Source of the DNA: Paraspadella gotoi
Taxonomy: Eukaryota > Animalia > Chaetognatha
Length of the DNA stretch: 64,000 nt
Assembly (NCBI GenBank): GCA_051294375.1
Contig: CM119267.1
Coordinates: 20,151,476 to 20,215,475, forward strand
Reading direction: 5' to 3'
Positions 34,336 through 45,900 of this stretch are shown here, one piece after another. Position numbers and translations under genes: made by a program. The notes under the pieces were generated by a model that made no database searches, was not told the origin of the DNA, and worked only from the letters and a program-made list of their open reading frames with translations. The stretch's first letter is position 1. Each line of letters starts with the position of its first letter.

Positions 34336-37225
34336 ATGGGAAACGCCGTGACTCTCGCCAAAAACTCGGACCTTCCCTTCGTTGACTTCCTCCTTTTCCG
34401 AATTCTCTCGCGCCACCACGCTGCCGCCGTCAAAGCCGTCGCCGCCGCCGACAATCCGGCGTCGGTCACTGCTCCGTCGGTCTCCGGCGCTGCAGCCGAC
34501 GCCGCTTCTCCGCTAAGCGCCGTGGACGAACCGTTCCGACGAACGGCGCTTCACTGGGCGTGTCTCCGCGACAACGGGGTCGTCGTCAAGCTCCTCGTCG
34601 GATTCGGCGCCGACGCGACCGTCCTCGACGCCTACGGATGCGCGCCGCTGCACTACGCCACCTGGCGGGGATCTGACCCGGATGTTATGACGTATGTTGG
34701 CAGAGAGATAGAGAGAGAGAGACTACCATCTTAAATTTCCAATTCCTTCGCAGCTACTTGGCCCTCCGCGGCGAAGGCGTCAGAACTCGCGCCGGCGCCG
34801 CAGGACTAGGGCAGACGCCGCTGCACTTCGCCGCCAGCGGAGCCAACCTCATCGGCATCAACTTTTGCTTGAGAATGGGCGCCGACGTCAACGCCGCCGC
34901 AGACAACGGCGCCACGCCCCTTCACTTTGCCGCCGCCTACTGTCGAAAAATGGAAGTGTTCAAGAGGCTCAAGGAGTGCGGGGCCAACGTCCAGGTTGTT
35001 GTTGTTGTTGACTTCGTTCTTCGTAGAAGGGCGTTCGATTCCCGCCGCTGCCACCACATACCGTAGAAAATAATTTTGGTTTATTTCAGAGGAATTGCAG
35101 TTTTAACTTTTAATATTTGTTTGAGATATAAAAATTTGGTTTTTGTTTACAAACGGCTTTTATTAAGTAATAAATAAAATTTCTTAATAAAAATTGTTTT
35201 TTGTAAACCAAATGCATAATTTTCTTATCTCAAACTAATTATAAAAACGCAACGAAATAAAGTATTCACACCACTTGTAACATAGAATACACGAGGAGAC
35301 AATAATAATTAAGGGAGATTAAATGCAGATGAAAATAAAGTAAATAAACGTACAAAGAAAATAGTCCATAAAGGCTTACACCATGGGTATTTGATGTTAG
35401 TTTCTTGAAGGTAAGTTGAAGACTATCTCGTTTCTTCTCTCATATCGCTTTAATGAGGAAAAGCTACTTGATGAGATCAGATCAGATCCATCCTTCGGTC
35501 CATAATTCTTGTAATCGCTGTCGTCGTCTGACGGCGTTGTTAAATCTACAAATCGCTCACGTAATCGTCGCCATTTTCGTCATCGTCGTTCTTGTCGTCG
35601 ATTCGTAATCGTTTTTTTTTTACCCGCACCTGACGGAGAGAACACCCCCCCCCACTACAGGCGAAAGACTTCGACGGCCGCTCCATCGCTCACCTGGCGG
35701 CCATTTTCAAAAACGAGGCGGCGCTCGAGTTCGCGATCGGCGAAGGAATCAAGATCATCGAGTTGGACAATCGCGGGAAGAGGCCGTTGGACTATGTCAC
35801 TAATCGGTTCGATCGATCGATTGCTTGATTTATTTAATTTATCTGTTCGAAGTCCTAACGCCTACTTTCGTGCTCATTCTTAGCAATTAATGTACTAATT
35901 GACTCTACTTCCATCGACCTTTAATCGCCTAATCTCCTCGACCCACGACCAGTTACACTTGCGAGACGGCCTCCTACCCGCCCAACTTCTCCGTCGAAAC
36001 TCACCTCAACGAAGTCAAACGCGTCCAGGATCGACTCACACTCTACACCACGATCGCCCACAACCTGGAGGGTGGATCGAGGACGCAACTCTTCGGCGCC
36101 ACCACGACTCACAGGTGGGGGGGGGCAGATGGAAAGCCTGAGATTGTCGGGGGGGGTGCTTTTAGAGTTTTAGTGAATGTCGCTGAAGGCATAACGCTCT
36201 GATGGGTTAGCTCCATATTGCATAAAATCTATCTCTTTCTCTCTCTCTTAGTCAATCTATTTTTTAATCTATCTATAATGTCGCAAAAAGAAACGCCCTA
36301 TTTATCGGCTTATTTACTCTGCTTTTATCGGCAATATAAGAACGCAATGTTTCCGGCAATATTTGGTCATAATTCATCGAACAAAGTGGAAATTGCGGCG
36401 AATCCAATAACGAATATTTGAAAAAACTTGAGGCGTGTTTTTTGTGTGAGAAGAAAAACGTAAGTGAATATAATGAAAATATACATATTTAGTTTATTTA
36501 CATTAGATGAAAAGGTCAACCATAGGCAGGGGCGGCGAGAGAAATATCGGGCCCCTCCACTGGCCGCCACCCCCCTCTCCATAATTTTAGTTTTCGATTA
36601 CCGACTTTCTGCCTTGAAAATTGATCAAGTGCTCAAACTTCTCTTAATTTTTCCCTTTTTTTTTTCTTCTTCGTTTTTCTTCTTTTTTTAAATTTTTTTT
36701 TCCAGGCCCTCTTGGGGCTCTCTGGGGCGAGGGTGGCCCCCCTCTCGCCGCCCCTGACCAATGACCATAGGCATAACAAGGTTATTTAAGGTCGAATGTT
36801 TCTCACCCCCAATGGGTCACAAAGTAGAAAGACGTCGTGGTCATTGCTTTTGAGCTTCCATAAAGTATTCCTTTATAGCGATCATTATTATTATTATCAT
36901 TATTATTTCTGAGCTACATTAACCGAGACACTACAATCTCACTGAAAATCTTCACCTCCCCCACCCCCCCCCCCACATCACCAGCTTGTATCCAAACTCG
37001 AAGTCGGTTTTCGACGCCGCGGCGCCCTCGACTTCCTCCGCGGCGCCGTCGGCGCCGATTCTCGATCCAGCCGACCTCTTCGACTGCATCATTTGCATGG
37101 AGAACAAGAAGGACACGGCGTTCGGATGCGGGCATTTGGCGTGCGGTCGATGCGCCGCCAGGTTGACGCAGTGCCATCTGTGCAAGAGAAGCATCGTGGA
37201 TCGGAGAAGAATTTTCATCGATTGA
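34336..37225 (+). CDS. Ankyrin-repeat + C-terminal C3HC4 RING E3 ubiquitin ligase (381 aa, 5 exons), candidate N-myristoylation site
   Basis: Exons 34336-34691, 34754-34994, 35661-35806, 35953-36114 and 36985-37225 join in frame (1146 nt). Ankyrin motifs: RRTALHWAC, GCAPLHYAT, GQTPLHFAA, GATPLHFAA, GRSIAHLAA, GKRPLDY. RING: CIICMENKKDTAFGCGHLACGRCAARLTQCHLCKRSI. Start MGNAVT; an in-frame ATG also lies 6 nt upstream. Confidence 0.9.
35100..35250. repeat. AT-rich imperfect palindrome (MITE-like) in ankyrin-gene intron 2
   Basis: Nested inverted pairs gtttgagata/tatctcaaac, gtttacaaa/tttgtaaac and ttttattaag/cttaataaaa. Confidence 0.6.
36527..36756. mobile_element. ~230-bp MITE with perfect 15-bp TIRs (CAGGGGCGGCGAGAG), hAT-like
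   Basis: caggggcggcgagag at 36527-36541 and ctctcgccgcccctg at 36742-36756. The 8-mer accatagg sits immediately left of the element and again 7 bp after its right end (possible disturbed TSD). Confidence 0.75.
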
Positions 37226-39107
37226 AGTTTTTTTTTATAAAAATGTATATTTTAAATATGTGTGTGATAAGGACGCTTGTTACCGCGCATTGTTTTTTAA
37301 AAGTCTAAATTTTGAGTGACTTTCTTTTGTCACGATCATGATTTACATAAGAAACAATGTCGGAAAAAAAAATTGAAACTGATTGACTATAAAACTATGA
37401 TGAGAATAATTTTTTCCTCTTGTACGGAGTGTAACTTGTGAATTAAGTTATTGATGTACTATCTGATCTTTACCGAAAGCCTTTCTCTCTTTCATGGCAA
37501 CGAAACACGCTTGAATGTAATCTAATTTGCATATAATCTATTATTTTAAGTAAAAGACGACAGTTTTCTATGTAAAACATTCGATCAACACAACAATTCC
37601 AGGCAACTGTAAAAATTCAACGTTATTTTTAGCACATCGAAGAAACGATAGACAACTCAAAATGACGATATGACGCAAGCCTTGCTCATACCCGAATTGG
37701 AAGCAAACTGAATCGTATAAAAAAACAGAGTCAGTTAAACAAAAAGTAAATGTATCTAGGATATGTTTTCCGATCGGTTGAATTGAACCGTTGTTTCGGC
37801 CATAATGTAATACTTTTTTAGACGCGCATGCCAATATGGTTTAATAAATTTTTACAGTAAATAATAAAAAAAAATGTTTTGTTAATACATCTAAACAACG
37901 TTTTAACGAAACTAATATTCATGCTATAGCAGCCTTTTTTTTTATAATAGTTTTTCGTTCGATTAGAGAACGCGAAAATCTTAAGTTACAACAAAAGTAA
38001 TAAAAAGTAGAGGCAAGGAAAAAGCCTTTGAAAACTGGCGCTCAGTTGCGTTGAAAAGAAATTAAGCGCGAATCGAATCATTTTCCCTTAATTTCTCGAC
38101 CAATCGCCGCTCGCTATAAAATTTTACGGAATGTACTCCATATTTGACGTTGACCTAAATCCTAAATCCGCAAACGATTGGTCGAGGAAACATGGGATTT
38201 TTCGCGCGATTATGTAGCGAGTAATAAAAAAAAGTTTCTGGTAAGGATTACATTTTTTTTTATCTGTTTTTTTTTTCCTTCAAACAATCACAGGATTTTG
38301 TAATACGGAACGGTACAGGTTTTCTCGTTCGAGAGTCGGTACACGTTTTCTCGTTCGGCTAATCTCTTTTTTTTTTTTTAAATTGGCAAGGGTATATATA
38401 AACTATAAAGCCGTGGGACAGTAAAACGAATTAAAAGAGAGGGGTAGGGATCGTGGGGTAGGGAAAGGAGGGAGAAAGGGTGGGGAGGACAAGCTTTTAT
38501 GAAAAAGAAAAAAGAAATACGAAGACGTCTCAGGTCGACGGCCTCAATTGAGGCCAAAAAGTAGCAAAAGACAGACCCAAAGGCCAAAATACCAAAGTTT
38601 TCAAAACAAAATAAGGAAATAAAACAAAAATAGTCGGATGATGATGATGAAAACGAATCGATAATAATGATAGTGATGATGATTAATTTAATTATCAGCC
38701 CGAATTTTCAACTCGAACTCTCAAAAGCTCCAAGGAATAAACAACACGTTCAGGACCCAATTTTAAATAGAAGAAATGTTTAAATATTCATAAGGGAGTT
38801 TGGGGAAGATTGGTGCCAGTAGCAAAGTTGGTTCTCAAATTCATTGTCGCACTAAATATTTCAACAAAAAAAACTGGGACAATTTATTTCTTCTTTTTTG
38901 TATGTCTTTGTTTAAATTTTATCCAAAGTAAACTTTTCTTGTTCGCTAGAGATTCTAGTCACTTCCGATTGGCACTTTCAAATCGTTCCACCCAGTCTTT
39001 GGTTCTATTCGAAGACAAAAACTTTATTTGCAATGGGAGCAGATGGACGAGTTTCTCTGAATCCTGAAACCGAGATCTCCGTCTTTCCATCTCCCCGAAA
39101 ATCTCTA

Positions 39108-39912
39108 CTACGCCTCTCGCTCGATCTTCTTCCCTCCCGCCTTCTTCCTCCCGTCCGCCTCCTCCTCAATGAGCAGGAAGGATGGTCTCTGATGTCTGGA
39201 ATCGCTCGTCGACGTCTCCGTCGCTTCGACCGACTCCTTGGCCGGCGCCACCGGCTCCTCCTCGGCGGGCGAGCGGGGTTCTTCCGATCGAGGATTCGGC
39301 GCCTCCTCCGTCCACTCGACGGCCTCGTCCGCTTCCTCTCCGACCCTCTCGTCCTCTTCTTCTTCCTCCTCTTGCATCCGGATGTACATCTCCCGGTTTT
39401 CCTCGAGGTGATCGAGAACGGTCTGCGCCTCCGGGTAGACGAGATCCGCCCAGGCCTCCCAAAGAGGGTGGACGATGAAGTCGATGAAGCCGACTTGGCT
39501 CTTGGCGACCGAGGCCGTGTTGCGGTCGCACATGGGGCTCACCTTTGGGAAAGTAAGATGAGAGGGGAAGAATAATCTCATTTGCATATTGCAGTATTCT
39601 ATAATATTAAAAAAAAACTAGCTTATATATTTAAAATTAATGATTATTATGCCGAAGGGTGTGGTCGACGTGAATTTCAGACCCCTCCCTTATTCGTAAT
39701 GAGCAGTTATATAAAAATAGGAAGTAACTTTTAATAAAAAATAAAGAAAAACAAGTTGACTGTTCGCGGCGTTTACCTCCAAACCCAGCGCTCTCTCCCG
39801 GTCGCCCTGAAGCTGAAACTCTTTCATGATTCTCTCCATCCACTGTTTGCACAAATGCCAGGGTTTCGTCGGATTCGAAAGGTCAGCGCAATGGATCATG
39901 TTCTGGAGAACC

Positions 39913-39944
<32 letters not shown>

Positions 39945-42905
39945 CATTAAGGACATAATTACCAGATAATTATTTTTCCCATTTTTTCTCGCCGTTCCTT
40001 CCCTGCCTCTCATTCAAAACCTCGAAAAAAAAAGAAGAAAAAATCGGATTAAATGGGGGAAAAAAAAACAAACCTCAAATATCCGGATTCCGGATTTAAA
40101 TCGATGGCGGAAGGATTTAGTCATTTTAGTTAATCTTAAAAACTAAGAAGGCATGACTCGGCCTTAAATAAAAATATAAAATCCTTAAAAAGTTAACAAA
40201 AAGACGAAACGCAAAATCGTCAAAGCCCTTTTCACCTCACCCTCGACTCTTCTCTCCCTCGCCTCACCTCGCCGACCTCACCTGAATCCGGTCCTGGTAA
40301 TTGTCGAGCAGCAGGACGCCGTCGCCCGCGACCTTCTTCGTCTCCACCATCGTCTTGAGTTCGGCCAGGAGGCTCATGTGCTTCGACATGTCGGTGGCCA
40401 GCACCATGTCGATCACCATCTTGCGGACCTGCGGGAAATAAATGAATGAAGGAATAAATAAATGAGCAGATAGTTTAATAAATAAATAAATAAACAGATA
40501 GTTTAATAAATAAACAAACAGATAAATAAATAAATAAAGGGCAAACAATTACTCAAACTTATGTAATGAATAAAAATAATCTCTTATCAATCAATCAATT
40601 AACCTATTTGAATATGAATGATTTATTCGATTGAATTATTATATTTGGTCCCAAGACTCGACACTCACAGTGTTCCTCTGCTTCTTGGTGAGGTTGGCGA
40701 AGATGTCGACGCGTTCCTGCTGGACGAGTTTGAAGGCGACGGCGAGGTGGTGATTCTCCAGCACGCTCTCGTCGTTGTACATGATGGCGAGGTCGGAGGA
40801 GGTGTTGACGAGGAACTGGTTCGTCACTCCGGGGTGGTCCACGTCGTGGACGGCCGCGCGACATCGCGCCCACCGTTTCGAGATCTGTTGAAGGGACGTT
40901 TGGGGAAAAGGGGAGTTTAGATTTTCTCACTTTGTATAATTATTTTTTAAATTTTTTTAATTTTTCTTATTTTTTGGCGTCCAAATTAAAATTTATCGAT
41001 TTATATTAAATTCAAAGTTAAACACACGATCGCTCTATTTACTACACCTCATATACTTTCGCGCCAACGATTAAAAAATGTCAACTGATTTTATTCGCTC
41101 CTTTAAAGTAACACTAAACCAACGGAGAATCGTTTTAGATTAAAGAAAACTATTCGCCCTGACCCTAACCTCACTTTTTTCTCTCAGTATTTTCATTTTA
41201 TCTCAACAACATCAACATCAACCAACATCAACCAACATCAACCTCTCCCTTCGACTCAAAATAAAAAAGTCGTTGGATGTGAATTCGAGCAGAAAAAGTC
41301 GAATTTCGTCTCAGGTTGATTTTCTTATTTTCGCCTACACAGTGTACATCCACTTCCGCCCACAGTGAAAATCAAGTCGACTAGTCGCACCTCACAACAA
41401 CTTTTTTTTTAATATTATCTTACGCCTCATACTTTCTCTTTTTATATCCCTGTTCTTTCTCATTTTACCTCCCAGTCTGCTTCTATCTCAGTCTCTTACT
41501 CTCTTTCTGTCCATCACTCCCTTTATTTTTTTTTTGTATTCTATCCTACTCTTTCTGTCTCTTCGCTTTCTTTCTCATATTTCTTCATTTTTTTTATTTC
41601 TTATTTCTGCAATTAGGATCGTTAAAACTTGCGATGACAAAATATCGACCGAAATAGCAATTTTTTAATCATTACTTTCCTTCAGAAAAAAAAAACCGTT
41701 GACTCATTCGATTAATTATAAAGTTAATGACGACGAGAGCGAAAACCACAATCTCGTCCCGGTCCAGAAGTTTTGCTTTCTTTAGCGGTAGCCGACCAAA
41801 TTCAAATTTTAATGGGAAAACCATTAAACTAATCCATTATTGGTATTAATTATTGTGTTAAAATTGTGAAAAAATGTTCCGAACTATGAGTAATTCGCTA
41901 ATTAAAATTATTATATTGCTATATAATGTTTAAATTTTTTTTGGATATTTTAAGTTTTTTCAAATGATTCTGACAGAGCTAAAAAAGTTAAGCAAAAAAT
42001 GTAATTACTACTTTTTAAAATTTTGATGTTTTATTCCTGAAAATTAGAAAAAACTGCTAAAATTATCGGAAGATGATAATGATAATAATTTTTTAAGGTT
42101 TTCCCCAATTTTAACCCACTTAGCATCAAAATATTGAAAAAAGAATTATACTTTGTGTAGACAAGTTTTGATAAGCTATCTGAATCTGCTTTTAAAAAGG
42201 CAAAATTTCAAAAAAAATTTTGACATTTCCTATCTAAAAATAAATATTAAAAAAATAATTACTAGTGCTTCTTAGCCATTTTAGAAAACTTTGGTCAATC
42301 TAAAGTTTTCTCAGAAATGTATGAAGTTTCATTTGGGAAGGGTTCCCAAAATCAAACTTCTGACCCACCCCATTGACAAAGTTTAGTTCACTGAATAATA
42401 ATTTTTAAATGCCGGTCGTAACTTCAGTTCGTTAATTAAACGAGGATTATTATATTTAGTAGCAAGTATGAGTTAAAACTCTTATAACAAGAGTGCAAAG
42501 AAAGCGTCAGACTCGAACATAGAATAAGAAAAAGGGAAGAAAACACAATTTTCTCGTTAAGTCTAACGATTCCGTAATATTGTTTATGACATCTTTAATA
42601 TCAGTATTATCATTACGTTTATCGCGATCATCACCAAAGTCCTTGGATAGAGATGCTAATTTATTCCTACTATAATCGAATCCAATAATAATTAATCATC
42701 TATCGATCAAAAAAAAGTTTTTAAACGATTCCTCTTTAAAAAAGGGAGAGGGACGATGATTCATTAAGATATATTTTTTTTTTTTCGTTAAGTTCAAATA
42801 AAAGTACACAAAAGGATAAATGAGGTGAATGACCTCTGCAGTCCACATGCTAAAAAGTGAAGATTAATGAATCTGAGATTTGTTGACAAACAATGGCGTT
42901 CGTCG

Positions 42906-42940
<35 letters not shown>

Positions 42941-45900
42941 TCCTCGTCTACTCCCATAAAACGTCGCCTTTTAAGATTCTTCTATTTCTTTCCATTTCTT
43001 CGTCAAAATCCTGTTTCTTGATATCTCCGATTCTCTCCTCTCATATTTTTTTTTATTGCATCGCCATCGTTTCTACTTTTCTCTACTCTCTTACGTATAT
43101 AAATTTTTTTTAATACAAACTGTATAATCTCATCAATTTTCAGGATTTAAGTCGATGCCCTTTCTCACGTATGGGATCGATAAATTCCATTTGAAAGCCT
43201 CTTTTAAAAACACGATGTTTGTCAATCTTAACTGTGAATTAAATTAATTCGCTTAACTCAAGGAAGATGAGATTTTTGACCACGTGTCTATTGCGGGTTT
43301 ACAATAAGCTCAAGTATTTCATTTTCCAAGAAAGTTCAAGGCCTATGATAAATAATAAATATATTTTACAAAAGCCGGATATTTAAAATCCGCTATCGAT
43401 GAAACTCAATCTCGCATTGACGTCATTTCTAAGAGCAGCAGCCGCATCAGCAGCAGCCTCTGCGGTAACCGCAGCTGCCCGGGCGCGTTAATTGCGACGA
43501 AGACGACATAGCGCGCGAGTCAAAGATCTGCCCATGATCTGTTCGTAGTCGATCTGTATTTGAAGGAGTCGAGTTTCCTCGGTGAACCTTTTTTTTTTGA
43601 CAATTCGAACGAGATGACGACGAAAGAGACGATGACGACGACGAAAAAGAAGACGACGTCGACGTACTTTCATTTCTTGGTGCGAAATTGTCGTCGTTGT
43701 TGTCGTCGTTGTTTTAGAAAGATTGCGTTATACAACCACCGGGCGACGCAACTTCCTCGCCTAGCAGGTTTACTCAATTCTGTCACTGAATCGCTTTCGT
43801 TTCCATTCACTTCCGTCCAACGCACAAAAAGTTAAAAAAATTTTAAATAATACAAAATGAACAATCAATCAATATATATATTCCACTATAGATTTCTTAT
43901 CAACTACCAATTATTAGGACTTAATTAGGACATTAATGTGTGGGGGAAGGAATCTAATTATAAACGCAAGTTACTACGTAGGTAGCGTTGTCTTTCTGAA
44001 ACAAAAACTCTTTTTAAAAATTCAAACGTTATCCGCCTTTAGATAACTTATTCTACGGCGAAAAGAAGATTTAAAAAAAAAAAAGGATTTGGTAGTGAAT
44101 AAATGTCGCGAGTCAAGTTTTATATAAATGGAACGAGGGAAACTTTACGACTCCATAAAGCGACTTTACGAGTCGACGAGGCTACGAGGCGCTGAGCTCG
44201 CGGCGTCGAAAAGGTTAAACGCGGCGTCGTAGTCTCCCCCCCCCCCGCCGGCGCCGCCAGCGACGCCAAGGGATTAACCGTTAAAAAAAATGGCGCGCAA
44301 TTTTAAATAAAACGTTTTTTATACGGTTGTAAAGTCGATAATTGTCTGGGTATAATTTTGATTTCATAATGATTCTGTTTTTTTTTGTCTCATTTTTTCT
44401 CTGAAATTGTCATGAATTTTAGTTAAATCTTTGCTCACGATTAGAATATCCCTTACCAAATTTCAGAGATAATTCAAAGCCCAGCTTAGATTGAGGGGAA
44501 AAAAACAAGACAAGCTTTTTTTCTCCTTTCAAACAAGTTTTAAAAAATCTGTCATCTGCCCTTGACTCGTGTTTAAATTTGGATCAAACTCGATGCTAAA
44601 CACATGGCTTTTATTAGATACGGCACTAGAGGTTCTTTAGAGAAGAGCGATCGTTCTTTAACTATTCGGTCATATTTTCCTAAAACGCCCCATTTCTGAT
44701 TCAAGGTTTAAAGTTTTAAAATTTAAGGTTTAGAGTGAAAGATTATGTTATGTTTTAGGTTAAGCATTAGGGTTATATATTAAAATTAATAATAGTTTTA
44801 GGCGATAAAATAGATAAGGGGTAAAGTTAAAATTAATTATTTAGTTTAAAGATTAAAGTTGAGGATTAGGTTTAAAAATTAGTATTTAGAAATGTGACGC
44901 TTTCAGAGAATTGTGCCAAATGTTCTAACCTGTGAACACGTTGGCCAACGCCGAGGAGGACATGAGGTAATGAGTGGCTTGGGTGACATCGGCGGCGTGG
45001 ATTCTGCCAAGGAAACAGGAAACAGACGTTCAATAAGGCGTAGTAAAATTTCTAAATTTAACTTTAATTAAAATTCTAAAAGTGAGGAACGAACAACATT
45101 ATATTAATGAACAGTTATGTAATAAAAAAATTTATAATAAATTTTACAATTTACGCAGTAGGCCATATTTATAATAGTACTAAACCAATAAATGTTAAAA
45201 TTTAAAAACAGTTTTTTCTAAGATTTTTTGCAGAATTGGATTTGTCATAAAAAGTTGGTAAAAAGAAATATAACTCTTTTTGAAAAATTCTTTCATTAAG
45301 TGAGTCAAAAATTAGAAAAAGCTATATTTTAAGCTGAAAATTTACTTTTTATATATTAAATATAGTTTTTTTAATTTTTAACCCACTTATTGAAAGAATT
45401 TTTAAAAATGATTTATATTTTCTTTTATCAACTTTTGACGAGGAATTCAAATATGCAATCAAAATTAAGAAAAGCCCATTTTGAAATTTTTCGATTTTAT
45501 AAGGATAGTACTATATATAAATATAGCCTACTAAAAATAAGAAACAAAATTAATTGTTTTTACAAATTAATGTTCACTGATGATATGTTATTCAAAATTG
45601 ACTTTTAGAATTTTTGTATGTAACTTTCACTACGCCTTAACGTTCAATGACATTGAAGTTTCTTCCAAGTCTCATATAACTCGAGGGGGGAAAAAAGGCG
45701 TATGTCTCGCCGGAAATTTAATTTCCGACGGGAGAAATCTATATATGATATTCGCCGATTTTTTTTCCCCCGGAATAGGCCATTGGAAAAGATGGAACGG
45801 GGAAAGGTTATTTTCTTATTTATTTATTTTTCTATTTATATTTGGTTGTTTTTGATAAAGAGCTTTTTTTCCCCCAACTTAAAAATGGGATTTAACTAGT

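Noticed and set aside
38090-38192. Short inverted repeat ctcgaccaatcg/cgattggtcgag (similar hairpin at ~21429-21461)
   Set aside because: Possibly a decayed MITE, but too short and without a TSD to call.
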